Shown here: in pieces, positions 17,380 to 27,467 of the stretch
Layout: each line of letters opens with the position of its first letter
Numbering within the stretch: the stretch's first letter is position 1
DNA from: Opitutales bacterium
GTDB lineage: Bacteria > Verrucomicrobiota > Verrucomicrobiia > Opitutales > Seribacteraceae
DNA: 63,110 bases
Direction: 5' to 3'
NCBI GenBank assembly: GCA_038150505.1
Contig: JAYOTQ010000001.1
Location: 3,538-66,647, forward strand
Position numbers and translations under genes: made by a program
The notes under the pieces: model-generated
Database searches by the model: none
The model's input: only the letters and a program-made list of their open reading frames with translations
Told to the model about the DNA's origin: nothing

Positions 17380-18659
17380 TAGAGAAGATAAGGCTCGGTA
17401 CGCCTCCTAAAGTCTGCCACTTCACCCTTCCAACGATTCATGAAAGGAGAGGGATCAAGTGATGCCCCTGCGGACTGCAAATGCTTCCACCATGCGGTTG
17501 ATCCAACATGTTTATTAAAAAGGTTGGACTCTGATTTCTTGGCCTCCTGAAAAGGACTGGGAGATTGCCATCGAGCAGTTAATTGCATCATTGCAAATGC
17601 CATTTCAGTCGGCTGCCAATCCGTCCAGTTTTCAATGGCTATGTAAACTCCATTCACTGTATTACCAGAAGAATTTTGGGTATCCAAAATTTTGTAGGAC
17701 AGCCCCTTCAATTTAAGTTCTTCCAGTGCTTTCTTAATATCATTGGATGATTTCCCTTCAAAAGTAAGAAACCGAAAGGGATGTTTTGTACCAATACCAT
17801 GCTTAAAATTGCCCAACTGGGCACCCAACCCAGTCATCGGGTAACCAGCCACTGAATCAAGCGTAGGGATATTGGGGGATGTGGGGAACCACCTTAGCCC
17901 CGTGGCAGGCCAGGTCATGCTTCGTTTCCATTTTTGCATGGGAACAATCGACAGTTTCCCTTTTCTGCGTACTTTTTCTTCAATTTTTAATACCCCAGGG
18001 CTTTGCTTGGACCATAGAGCCAACTCAGCGATGGTCATACCATGTACGAATGGCATAGGGAAAGCCCCCACATAACTAATCCATTCCTGGTCTATCATGG
18101 GACCCGCCATTTTCAATCCGCCCAGTGGGTTGGGCCTATCCAAGACAATAACTTCGACTCCTGCCTCAAAGCATGCCTCCATCACATAGCGCATACAACT
18201 GACATATGTATAGCAACGAACACCAACATCTTGAAGATCGATCACCAAGCAGTCCAAGTTGGCTAACATCTTTGGGCTTGGTTTTCGAAATTTACCATAC
18301 AAGGAAAAAACTGGCAGGTTGGTTCGGTGATCGATCTTATCATCAACAGGCACAGAGGCTTTCTCATCGCCGTAAATTCCGTGTTCCGGACCAAATAAGG
18401 CAGTGAGGTTGACTTCTTTGGCACCGTGTAAAACAAGCACCGTGCTTTTGCCTCTAGAATTGACTCCTGCCGGATGGGTGAGCAAGCCCACTCTTTTTCC
18501 TTTTAGAAGATCGAACTTACGAGCTTCTAGGTAATCCACTCCGAGCATGATTTTGGGTTCTGCAAAGGAGTTAGCCATGAGAAGAAAAAAGACAATAAGC
18601 CCCATTATGGGAGGGTGGATGTAAGGGATCGTTCGTGACATGGGGTCTTTTCTTTTCAT
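17376..18659 (-). CDS. namZ: DUF1343 / exo-beta-N-acetylmuramidase NamZ family
   Basis: LFGPEHG, DLQDVGVRCYTY, LDRPNPLGG, HGMTIAELA, PTSPNIP; signal peptide. Confidence 0.88.
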   Translation of the reverse strand: MKRKDPMSRTIPYIHPPIMGLIVFFLLMANSFAEPKIMLGVDYLEARKFDLLKGKRVGLLTHPAGVNSRGKSTVLVLHGAKEVNLTALFGPEHGIYGDEKASVPVDDKIDHRTNLPVFSLYGKFRKPSPKMLANLDCLVIDLQDVGVRCYTYVSCMRYVMEACFEAGVEVIVLDRPNPLGGLKMAGPMIDQEWISYVGAFPMPFVHGMTIAELALWSKQSPGVLKIEEKVRRKGKLSIVPMQKWKRSMTWPATGLRWFPTSPNIPTLDSVAGYPMTGLGAQLGNFKHGIGTKHPFRFLTFEGKSSNDIKKALEELKLKGLSYKILDTQNSSGNTVNGVYIAIENWTDWQPTEMAFAMMQLTARWQSPSPFQEAKKSESNLFNKHVGSTAWWKHLQSAGASLDPSPFMNRWKGEVADFRRRTEPYLLY

Positions 18660-18673
18660 AATTCTTAACTCGC

Positions 18674-20422
18674 TTAATTTTTGTAGAATTTGGACAAAAT
18701 TTTGTAAAGGAAGACCGTGATAACGGCAAAAAAGATGCCTAAAACGGATCCTCCTAAAAGCATGGGTGGAAAAGTGTCCAGTAAACGGATTAGCTCTTTG
18801 TAAGAAAAATGAGCCCAGTCATATTCTGCACTTAGCAGTTTGTTTTGGGGATAATCAATTCCTAACAACTTCAATATGGTCATCCCAATTTTATAATCTG
18901 CAAAATAGATTGGCCCCATGGTTAAAGGATTGGAAATCCATTGAAGTGCTACAATCACAGGCAAATTGGCTCGAGCAATTAATGAGACAAAAAAAACGAC
19001 AAGCATTTGAATGCCCACAATCGGCAAGAGAGAAATCCATATTCCCCAAAAAAGCGCAGACTGGATGGGCTTGCTTTTGAAGGACCAAAGAAAAGATTTT
19101 TTGTACGCCGTATCTGAAAACCACTTAAGAACTGGGTAGCGATGAATGTTTGAGCGTCTCGGTAAGGGACGTAAAAACTTTTTCAGTCTGCGAATTCTTT
19201 TGAAGCGAGCTTCTCTAACAACCGGACATTCGTTCATGGTATTCGAAGGCATATTTTCAAGCAGGTTTGTACAGCAATCTTTAAAACAATGTGGTCCTTG
19301 CTCAAGGTTCTTGGCAAGTGTCCAAGATGGATTCCCAAAACAGATAAATTCGGTTTTTGAAATTTCTTCTGATCGGTTTTTCAAGATTTCATCCTCGAGA
19401 GCTCCGCACAAAAGATAGGCTTTTTTGTTGAACTTATGTGCTTGAACCAAGACTTCGTGAGGACCCTTCCCACGCAGGGAGGTGGCATCAAACCGACCCT
19501 CGCCCGTAAGGACAGCATCGCAGCTTTTTATTTGCTCTTCTAAGCTTAACCAAAGAGAAACTAATTCAAACCCGGGTACCAATTTTATATTTCCGGCAAG
19601 GGATAACCCAAAACCAATACCACCCGCTGCCCCAGAACCAGCAGACTGGGCAAGTTCAGATGCTTGCGGAAATATTTCCGATAACCGGGAGACCATTTGA
19701 GACATTTGTTGCTCCAAAACTGGAGCGTCCTCAGCAAGAAGACCCTTTTGCCCACCAAATTGGTAAGTAGCCCCCTCTTCACCGAGTAAGGGGTTATCTA
19801 CATCACAGGCAATGGAGACCGGTGGCAGGCTCTTTAACTTAGATCTTGGATCAATCGATATGTTTTTCCAAGTTTTGGGGCACGGATGCTCTATTATGGC
19901 ACCGTTTGAATCATGAATTGAAAGGCCCAAAGCTGATAAAGCACCCAGACCTGCATCGTTGGTTGAACTACCCCCGATCCCAAGAAGTATTGCATCAGCC
20001 CCCTTCTCAGAAACAAAGGAAAGCAGATCACCAATACCAACAGTTGAAGTTTCCCAAGGGTTCCTTTGATCAGAATGAAGGTCACTTAAACCACAGACCG
20101 AAGCCATCTCGATCACTGCGAGTTTACCTTCTTGAGGAAGGTCCAAAAAGGTACGAACACCAGAGTTTAGCCGATCGATGGGTAGCCAGCCAACCTTTGC
20201 CCTCTTCGGTGACCCAAGGGAGTCTCTAGCCTCTACCTCAATCAAATCCCCCTGGTAATGACTGGTAAGTATTTCAACGAATCCTTCACCCCCATCAGTT
20301 AAGGGACAGGATACAACCTCTAATGTTTCACAATGTTCATTCGCCACCTGTTTCAAAAGCGAACAAGCTTCACCGGCAGAGAATGAATCCTTGAATTTAT
20401 CAAATGCGGCAAGGAGTCGCAT
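18674..20422 (-). CDS. Glycerate kinase (GlxK/GarK family) fused to a C-terminal DUF2062 membrane domain
   Basis: Residues 1-390: DKFKDS, DGGEG, GIGGSSTND, GAAGG, TGEGRFD. Residues about 391-582: LPIVGIQ, RANLP, WISNPLT, DUF2062-like. Confidence 0.85.
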   Translation of the reverse strand: MRLLAAFDKFKDSFSAGEACSLLKQVANEHCETLEVVSCPLTDGGEGFVEILTSHYQGDLIEVEARDSLGSPKRAKVGWLPIDRLNSGVRTFLDLPQEGKLAVIEMASVCGLSDLHSDQRNPWETSTVGIGDLLSFVSEKGADAILLGIGGSSTNDAGLGALSALGLSIHDSNGAIIEHPCPKTWKNISIDPRSKLKSLPPVSIACDVDNPLLGEEGATYQFGGQKGLLAEDAPVLEQQMSQMVSRLSEIFPQASELAQSAGSGAAGGIGFGLSLAGNIKLVPGFELVSLWLSLEEQIKSCDAVLTGEGRFDATSLRGKGPHEVLVQAHKFNKKAYLLCGALEDEILKNRSEEISKTEFICFGNPSWTLAKNLEQGPHCFKDCCTNLLENMPSNTMNECPVVREARFKRIRRLKKFLRPLPRRSNIHRYPVLKWFSDTAYKKSFLWSFKSKPIQSALFWGIWISLLPIVGIQMLVVFFVSLIARANLPVIVALQWISNPLTMGPIYFADYKIGMTILKLLGIDYPQNKLLSAEYDWAHFSYKELIRLLDTFPPMLLGGSVLGIFFAVITVFLYKILSKFYKN

Positions 20423-20435
20423 GAAATATCCTTAT

Positions 20436-22211
20436 TTAACGAATTTCTTGCTGCGTGGATTCATCAATCACTTTGTAATTTTCCATATGATAACTTTCCG
20501 CTCCCTCAAAGGTGACTTGTAAATCGTAGTTCTTTTCTAGCTTGGTGAGTAAGGCGGCATCAGGCCCACGAAGCCGTCGTAAGACTGCAGGATGAAGATA
20601 CACTTTCAGGTTGCTCGATTGCTGGGTGTCCGCCCTAACCCGCTTGACTGCACTCGAAACCAATCTCTGTATTTCGATACTTATGGCACGAGGAGACTTA
20701 ATAATTCCTCGACCCTTACAATACGGGCAGGACTCATACACCCCACTGGCATTGCTTTCGTCATGCCGTTGTCGGGTAATTTGCATAATGCCGAGTTCGG
20801 AAATCGGAAGGATATTGTGTTTGGCTTTATCATCCGCCATCGCCGCTTTCATTTTCTGAAAAACTTTGCGCTGATCGCCCCGATTTTTCATGTCGATAAA
20901 ATCGATAATTACCAACCCACCAAGGTTACGTAGCCTCATCTGCCGGGCAACTTCTACCGCAGCTTCAAGGTTTGCCTGGAGAATGAAGTTTTTACCATCC
21001 TTACGGTTTCCTTTGTGGCTCCCTGTATTAATATCAATGGATACAAGAGCTTCGGTTTCCTCCATCACAATTTCCCCACCCGAAGGAAGCTTAACCCGCC
21101 TCATAAAGGTCTGCTCAATCTGACGCTCCACATTGAATCTTTGGAAGATTGGAATTTCCTCCTCAAACAGGGCAACCTTTGCTTTGGACTTCGGGGAAAT
21201 TCTTTGGATGGTTTCAATCAGGCGGGTGTAATCATCACGATTATCAATCTGCACCCGGTCAACATCATCTGTAAGAAAGTCGCGGGCGGTAAGGCCGATT
21301 AAATCAGGTTCCTCGTACAAGAGGCATGGATCTTTCTCATTTTTGATCTTCGCATCAATCTGATCCCACTGCTGCATCAAAATGTGTAAATCGCGGACAA
21401 AAAAGCGCTCAGGTTTGTTTTGGCCGACCGTACGAATGATCACTCCCATTCCCTCCCTCAAGGACAAATTACCAATGATTCGCTTAAGTCTTTTTCTTTC
21501 TGCACGATCCTCAATTTTCCGAGATATTCCACATTGGCCCGCATAGGGCATGAGAACCAAAAATCTTCCAGGTAAGGACAAATTTGTGGTGGTTCGTGGA
21601 CCTTTGCTTCCAATTTGTGCTTTGGTAATTTGAACCACAATGTCGGAACCAATCGGGAATACACGGGGTATATCTGCCACCGACTTCGCTTCGTTTTTAT
21701 TGGTGGATTTCTTTTTATTTTGCCGGACAATTTCCACAGAGGGATCATTATTGGCCCCTGGTAACATGTCCCAATAATGAAGAAATGCGTTCTTCTCCTG
21801 CCCGATATCGACAAAGGCCGCCTTCAACCCGGGTTCCAGGTTTTGTACTTTTCCTTTGAAAATCGCACCGACCATCCTGTCTTTGTCCAAACGCTCGATG
21901 TCAAAAGACTGTAGGATTCCGTTCTCCATCATCGCAACCCGTCTTTCCAGGGCTTCGGTATTGATGATGATCTCTTTGTAATCCTGGTTTTTCTCCCTAC
22001 GGAAAAAAGCCATAATGCGCTCGCGGATGGGGCGGTTTTTTGCCCGCTCCAGTGCAGCGTCTCTCAGCTCTTTCTTATCGATTAAGATCGGACGCTTTTC
22101 TACGGGAGCGGAACTTAAGTCATTTTCAGGTAATTCTTTACCTGAATCGTTTGGATGCTCGTGTAATGAATTTTTTTTAGAGGAGGCTTTTCGCCGATTT
22201 CTTCTGGCCAT
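20436..22211 (-). CDS. Ribonuclease E/G family endoribonuclease
   Basis: S1 domain [55 protein letters not shown]. Confidence 0.95.
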   Translation of the reverse strand: MARRNRRKASSKKNSLHEHPNDSGKELPENDLSSAPVEKRPILIDKKELRDAALERAKNRPIRERIMAFFRREKNQDYKEIIINTEALERRVAMMENGILQSFDIERLDKDRMVGAIFKGKVQNLEPGLKAAFVDIGQEKNAFLHYWDMLPGANNDPSVEIVRQNKKKSTNKNEAKSVADIPRVFPIGSDIVVQITKAQIGSKGPRTTTNLSLPGRFLVLMPYAGQCGISRKIEDRAERKRLKRIIGNLSLREGMGVIIRTVGQNKPERFFVRDLHILMQQWDQIDAKIKNEKDPCLLYEEPDLIGLTARDFLTDDVDRVQIDNRDDYTRLIETIQRISPKSKAKVALFEEEIPIFQRFNVERQIEQTFMRRVKLPSGGEIVMEETEALVSIDINTGSHKGNRKDGKNFILQANLEAAVEVARQMRLRNLGGLVIIDFIDMKNRGDQRKVFQKMKAAMADDKAKHNILPISELGIMQITRQRHDESNASGVYESCPYCKGRGIIKSPRAISIEIQRLVSSAVKRVRADTQQSSNLKVYLHPAVLRRLRGPDAALLTKLEKNYDLQVTFEGAESYHMENYKVIDESTQQEIR

Positions 22212-22274
22212 AATAGGTAGTGTTGAAGAACCCTGGCCTCACCCATCCGAATAAAATCTCTGCAAGAAATTGAA

Positions 22275-23495
22275 TCATAGCACGGAGTTTCGATGACGAA
22301 ACACGCTCTGTACCATGCCCAACATCAGGAAGCAAACCACCATGAATGAACCACCATAACTTAAAAATGGAAGGGGCAATCCAGTTATGGGAGTGATTCC
22401 GATGGTCATTCCTATATTGATGAATATGTGCGTCATCAAAAGAACAGAAACACCAACAGCAAGCATAGACCCGAAACGATCCGCTGATTTTGCGGCCACC
22501 CGAAGGCAACCGAAGACCACGAGGCAGAGCATGACAATTGCCAAGCCTCCACCTAGTAGCCCAGACTCTTCTGCAATGACAGCAAAAATGAAGTCATTGT
22601 GAGCAACTGCGGTTGGTAAATATCCGAGCTTAGCCTGCATTCCTTCCCCAAGCCCTTTACCAGAGACACCACCTGTGGCGACTGCAATAAGTGCTTGGAT
22701 GCGATTCCAATTTGAGCCGACACCATGTGGGTCTTCCACTTCGGGTGCAACAAAGGTAAGAATGCGTTTGCGTTGATAATCCTTGAGAGGGAGGAGTGAA
22801 GTATCCTCGAAAGCCACCACGGCATCCGAGGGTTTTGGATTCTCTAGTTTATATTGATAGTAATGGAATAAATCGAAGCTCAACAAGCCAAGCAAAACCA
22901 CGAATACGACAAACGTGGAAACAAAAAATTTAGTTGGCATGCGGGCGACGTACAAAAGTGAAAATGCAATTGGTGGAAATACCAAGGTTGAACCTAAATC
23001 TGGCTGTAAAAAAATCAAGAACATTGGCAAAGAGAAACAAGCAGCAACTTTTAAAATTCCTCGGAAGGAATCCTGCATGTCCCCAACTTTTGACCGGGCA
23101 AGCAAGCTGGCACCGAAAATCATGGTTGTCCATTTAGCAATTTCCGAGGGTTGTACCTTAAACAATCCGAAATCTATCCATCTACGAGCACCGTAGATCA
23201 TCGGACCGCCAAAAACCAAAAGAAGACCAATCAAAACAGCAAAATACAGGAAGTGGGCATACCTTAACCAGATTTGGTAATTGATCAAAGAAACCACTGT
23301 GTAGAGAGTGAACCCTATCACGCACCACAAAATTTGCATTTTCCAGTAGTTTCCACCGCCGTATGCCTGGGCAGAATGAATAAAGAGGATGCTCATGAAA
23401 CTCAAGACGACCAAGCAGGCAGGTGTCAACCAATCCCATTGCAATTCACTGGGAATGAGCGAATCTTGTTCGAGTGAGTGAGTTTTTCTGCTCAT
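22275..23495 (-). CDS. rodA: SEDS family peptidoglycan polymerase RodA
   Basis: GARRWI, QPSEIAK, QPDLG, HNDFIFAVIAEESG, PITGLPLPFLSYGGS. Confidence 0.9.
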   Translation of the reverse strand: MSRKTHSLEQDSLIPSELQWDWLTPACLVVLSFMSILFIHSAQAYGGGNYWKMQILWCVIGFTLYTVVSLINYQIWLRYAHFLYFAVLIGLLLVFGGPMIYGARRWIDFGLFKVQPSEIAKWTTMIFGASLLARSKVGDMQDSFRGILKVAACFSLPMFLIFLQPDLGSTLVFPPIAFSLLYVARMPTKFFVSTFVVFVVLLGLLSFDLFHYYQYKLENPKPSDAVVAFEDTSLLPLKDYQRKRILTFVAPEVEDPHGVGSNWNRIQALIAVATGGVSGKGLGEGMQAKLGYLPTAVAHNDFIFAVIAEESGLLGGGLAIVMLCLVVFGCLRVAAKSADRFGSMLAVGVSVLLMTHIFINIGMTIGITPITGLPLPFLSYGGSFMVVCFLMLGMVQSVFRHRNSVL

Positions 23496-23785
23496 TGAGA
23501 AAGGTATTTCTCAACCAAATGCTCCCACTCCTGATCCAAACTGCCCTCAAAGAAAGATTCTTGGGCACGGGTATACCAGTAGGAAGCATTCCCATGGTCT
23601 CCCTCTACCCGGTGCAGGTACGCATGTACCCGATCCCCATGGATGCTTTTTGCATTCTGGGCAAGATCATGCGCCGTCTCCCAATCCCCTTTTTTAGCCC
23701 ACCACAACGCCTGGAGCTGATCACTCAAAGAAGCGGGTGGCTTGTCCTGAAATCCTACTGATTCAATGAATTCAGTTTTTTTCAT
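23492..23785 (-). CDS. Conserved small helical hypothetical protein
   Basis: WETAHDLAQ and HAYLHRVEGDHGNASYWY motifs; start ATG 23785 overlaps the upstream TGA. Confidence 0.8.
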   Translation of the reverse strand: MKKTEFIESVGFQDKPPASLSDQLQALWWAKKGDWETAHDLAQNAKSIHGDRVHAYLHRVEGDHGNASYWYTRAQESFFEGSLDQEWEHLVEKYLSQ

Positions 23786-24537
23786 CAAATATTTTTTCTT
23801 CTCCATCTCATACCCAAGGCCACAGAGTATTGGTATTTCCGGCGATGTTCACGGATAAGAAAGGGAAGATTCTTTTCCACTTCCAATTCAAAAGACTCCT
23901 GCAGGATGTTTTGAATCGCCTCGGCAGAATCACCATTCCCCAGCCACTTTTCCCGGGGGGTAAACTCTTCCAACCAAGTGAGAGGAGTGGTTAAAAGCAA
24001 CTGGCCACCAGGATGCACGAGGTCCGCCAGACGGTGGAGCAAGACCATCGGATCAGGCAACCTGCAAAGCAGGTTTGCGGCATGGACTAAATCGAACGCA
24101 CCTAAATCTGGAGGTAAATCACAGGCATCTCCCACTTCAAATGAAAGACCAGTTGGTACTTCTTTAAGTAAGGCGCAACCGGATGACCATCGATCACCCT
24201 CTTCATGAAATTGATATTCCAACCTTCCTTTTTCGAGAATCGTCCGGGCCGCACCAATAAAAGATTTTGAATAATCGATACCCAGTACTTTATTGGAAAA
24301 AGCAGCCAGGACGAAACTGCTCTTACCCACGGCACAACCAAGATCCAGGGCTGATTCAATGGGTGTACTCCGATCAGCTAATTCCAGCACACTACGGGTG
24401 GCAAAATTAAGGGCATCTTTAGGTCCATCTTCCCATGGAAGCTGCTGTTTTTCGGAACCATAATGAAAAAGTAAGTATTCACCGAGTGAACGATCAGATT
24501 CATAAACCTGACCCGCTTCAGTACTTGTAGTCTTCAT
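23785..24537 (-). CDS. SAM-dependent methyltransferase resembling the OvoA C-terminal (mercaptohistidine N-methyltransferase) domain
   Basis: YESDRSLGEYLLFHYG, ALDLGCAVGKSSF, GDAC, ANLLCRL, TPLTWLEEFTP, PFLIREHRRKYQ. Confidence 0.8.
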   Translation of the reverse strand: MKTTSTEAGQVYESDRSLGEYLLFHYGSEKQQLPWEDGPKDALNFATRSVLELADRSTPIESALDLGCAVGKSSFVLAAFSNKVLGIDYSKSFIGAARTILEKGRLEYQFHEEGDRWSSGCALLKEVPTGLSFEVGDACDLPPDLGAFDLVHAANLLCRLPDPMVLLHRLADLVHPGGQLLLTTPLTWLEEFTPREKWLGNGDSAEAIQNILQESFELEVEKNLPFLIREHRRKYQYSVALGMRWRRKNI

Positions 24538-24540
24538 TAT

Positions 24541-26052
24541 TTATTCGCCTGAAAGATCATGATATGACTTCTGAAGTGCTGGATAAAGGTCCTGATAAAC
24601 TTGGTAGTTTTTGTGGTATTTTGTAAGGTTTGAACTTACTTGCACTTGCTCGGTCTCCCTAATCCATACCCTCGATGCTTCTTCCACCGTAGCATGACAA
24701 CCGCAGCCAACGGCAGCTAACAAGGACGCCCCATAGGCTGCCCCTTCCGTAGCATTGACCAAGGAGCAGGGCGTTTCAAAAATATCAGCAAGCATTTGTT
24801 TCCAAAGACCAGACTTTGCCCCACCTCCAGACAAAATAATCTTCTCTGGCTGAACTCCCAAGGACTGCATCAGTGAAAGGGAATCTTTCAGCCCAAAACT
24901 GACCCCTTCAAGAACCGCCCGGGTCAGGTGGGGCTTACCATGCCGAAGGGTTAAGCCCACAAATGCACCCCTTGCATGCGGGTCTGGGTGGGGAGTGCGT
25001 TCGCCTGAGAGATAGGGAAGAAAAACCAAACCTTCACAACCAGGAGCGACATCGGCAGCTGCTCCTGTCAAAAAGTCATAGGCATTGCCCTCCCCCGCTT
25101 CCTCCCGATTTTGCTCTTCCTTGCCCAACTCATTTTTAAACCATTGAAAGGAGCCAGCTGCAGAGAGCATCACCCCCATCAAGTGCCATTTGCCAGGCAC
25201 GGCGTGACAAAAGGCATGCAGCTTTCCTTCTGGCTCAACCCGGTATTCATCACTTTGGGCAAAAACCACACCGCTTGTACCAAGAGTGGCCGAAACCATT
25301 CCCTGGTTTACGATCCCGCAGCCAACCGCTTGAGCCGCCTGATCCCCCCCCCCTGCGATTACCGGTGTTCCCGCAACTAATCCGGTAAGATCACTTGCCG
25401 AAGGGGATATCTTTGCCGAAGCAATAGTGGATTCCGTTACTTCTGGTAACCAATCTCTTGGCCACCCCATGGCAGAAAGAATTTCATCAGACCATTGCCT
25501 CTTGCCCACATTGAGCATTGATGTCCCGGACGCATCAGAAACATCTGAGAAAAACTCTCCTGTCAACCGGTAACGAATAAAATCTTTGGGCAGCAGGACC
25601 TTGGATATTTTCGAGAAAATTTCGGGTTCATTTTTTTCCACCCAGCGTAATTTGGGTGCGGTAAAACCAGCCAAAATTGGGTTTCCAGTGATACGAAGAA
25701 CTTCAGACTGCCCGATGCTTTCCGTCATTTCATCGCACTCTTTGTAAGAGCGCTGATCATTCCACATAATACAAGGGCGCAATGGTTGGCCTTCTTGGTC
25801 CAGCAGAACCAGCCCGTGCATTTGTCCGGTTAACCCAACCCCTGCAACACTTTCCGGCTTTTGATCTTCAAGTAATTCTTTCAAGGCAGCACAGGTTGCA
25901 TGCCACCAAACTTCTGGATCGGTTTCGGCCCAAAGAGGAGCTGGTGTTTGAAATGGATACTGAGGATTACTGCTGGCAAGGACTTCTCCGGTTGGGCTTA
26001 CCAGGAGGGCTTTGATAGATGAGGTTCCTACATCGATTCCAATAAAGTTCAT
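24541..26052 (-). CDS. xylB: Xylulokinase (FGGY family)
   Basis: GIDVGTSS, GQMHG, WNDQR, GFTAPK, DVSDASGT, GGGDQAA, PYLSGERTP. Confidence 0.93.
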   Translation of the reverse strand: MNFIGIDVGTSSIKALLVSPTGEVLASSNPQYPFQTPAPLWAETDPEVWWHATCAALKELLEDQKPESVAGVGLTGQMHGLVLLDQEGQPLRPCIMWNDQRSYKECDEMTESIGQSEVLRITGNPILAGFTAPKLRWVEKNEPEIFSKISKVLLPKDFIRYRLTGEFFSDVSDASGTSMLNVGKRQWSDEILSAMGWPRDWLPEVTESTIASAKISPSASDLTGLVAGTPVIAGGGDQAAQAVGCGIVNQGMVSATLGTSGVVFAQSDEYRVEPEGKLHAFCHAVPGKWHLMGVMLSAAGSFQWFKNELGKEEQNREEAGEGNAYDFLTGAAADVAPGCEGLVFLPYLSGERTPHPDPHARGAFVGLTLRHGKPHLTRAVLEGVSFGLKDSLSLMQSLGVQPEKIILSGGGAKSGLWKQMLADIFETPCSLVNATEGAAYGASLLAAVGCGCHATVEEASRVWIRETEQVQVSSNLTKYHKNYQVYQDLYPALQKSYHDLSGE

Positions 26053-26141
26053 TCTTTCATTTCAAAAGTACCTCATTGCCCTTGGCAACTGGAATGAATC
26101 CAACCTTGCCGATGGGTATGAAAATCATCTACCAATCGAAC

Positions 26142-26456
26142 ATGAATGAATCTAACCCTCCCAACCCAGATGAACATACCAAAATTCGGATCCTTTACTG
26201 CCCTGCCTGTGGATGGATGCTTCGATCCGCATGGATTGCTCAGGAAGTCCTGAGTACTTTTAGTGGCGAGGTAAGTGCAGTCTCCTTGGAACCGGCTGCT
26301 CAAACTCCAGGGCTTTTTCAGGTATGGCTAAGAAATTCCCTCATTTGGTGCAGAAAAAAGGACAAGGGCTTTCCTCAGGCAAAAGAGCTCAAGAAGAAAA
26401 TTCGTGACATCCTTTGTCCAGACCGGGACCTCGGGCACTTGGACCAGAAAAATTAG
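26142..26456 (+). CDS. SelT/SelW/SelH (Rdx) family thioredoxin-like protein
   Basis: YCPACGWMLRSAWIAQEVLSTF, GFPQAKELK, PDRDLGH; Cys form, no Sec codon. Confidence 0.9.
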   Translation: MNESNPPNPDEHTKIRILYCPACGWMLRSAWIAQEVLSTFSGEVSAVSLEPAAQTPGLFQVWLRNSLIWCRKKDKGFPQAKELKKKIRDILCPDRDLGHLDQKN

Positions 26457-27457
26457 GGCACACTGGCCGCCTGTTTTCGATGGATGTTTTTCTTGAGAAA
26501 CTCATCCCCAATGACCCCAAGCAAAATCACAAGTCCCAGGATACCAAACTCCAGATGAGTCGAAATCCCCACCATATTGATAGAATTGTAAATCAACCGT
26601 ATGACCGCAGCGGCAATAACCACGCCCAAGACAGAACCTTCCCCACCCCGCAAACTGCATCCACCCAAGACTGCAGCGGCAATCGCATAGAGCTCATAAA
26701 ATTCTCCTGTCTGCGCCGGTTGAACTGAATCGAGCTCGAAAGCAAAAAGAATGCCCGCAACTCCTGCAAAAAAAGAGCAGAGCACATAGGCCAAAATTTT
26801 CATCCGGTCGGTATCGATCCCGCTATACCGAGTGCCCTCCTCATTATTACCAAGGGCAAAAAGGTATCTCCCCCAAATGGTTTTTTTAAGAAAAACTGCT
26901 GCAGCAACTGATAAAACCAAAAGAAAGAGGAAGGGCGTGGGAAGATTGAAGGTTCCTAGGGCAATTTTCCCACTGAAGATAAAGTCGAGCCCCTCAATTT
27001 GCTTGAGGTTCATATACCCGGCATCCCCCTCCATAGGCATGGGCCCGATGGATTGATTATCCGTTATCCACCTACCCATACTCCGGTAGACCAATAACCC
27101 ACACAAAGTAACCACAAAAGGCTGCACTTTCGCTTTGGTGATTAAAAGGCCATGAATCAAACCAATTATGAGGGAAAGGGCCAAGGTAACACCGATCGCA
27201 CTCCAGGGATCCATCCCTTCGAGCTTTAAACAAACAGATAAAATCACAGCCACCAAACCGACCACTGATCCTATGGACAGGTCAATCCCTCCCGTTATTA
27301 TGACAAAGGCCACACCTATACTCATCACTGCGTACAAGCTCGACCATTTGATCAGGTTTTGCATGTTATACGCGTTCAGAAACTTCGGATTAACCATCGC
27401 CGTAATCACAAAGATCGCGACCAAAAGAATAAAAATTCCCAGTATATTTTTTTTCAT
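26453..27457 (-). CDS. Monosaccharide ABC transporter permease (RbsC/XylH-like)
   Basis: IITGGIDLSIGS, GRYLFALGNNEE, YELYAIAAAVLGG. Confidence 0.95.
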   Translation of the reverse strand: MKKNILGIFILLVAIFVITAMVNPKFLNAYNMQNLIKWSSLYAVMSIGVAFVIITGGIDLSIGSVVGLVAVILSVCLKLEGMDPWSAIGVTLALSLIIGLIHGLLITKAKVQPFVVTLCGLLVYRSMGRWITDNQSIGPMPMEGDAGYMNLKQIEGLDFIFSGKIALGTFNLPTPFLFLLVLSVAAAVFLKKTIWGRYLFALGNNEEGTRYSGIDTDRMKILAYVLCSFFAGVAGILFAFELDSVQPAQTGEFYELYAIAAAVLGGCSLRGGEGSVLGVVIAAAVIRLIYNSINMVGISTHLEFGILGLVILLGVIGDEFLKKNIHRKQAASVP

Positions 27458-27467
27458 CGATATTTTA

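Noticed and set aside
26142-26456. Selenoprotein (SelW-like with UGA recoding)
   Set aside because: The motif is CPAC with ordinary Cys codons; there is no in-frame TGA.
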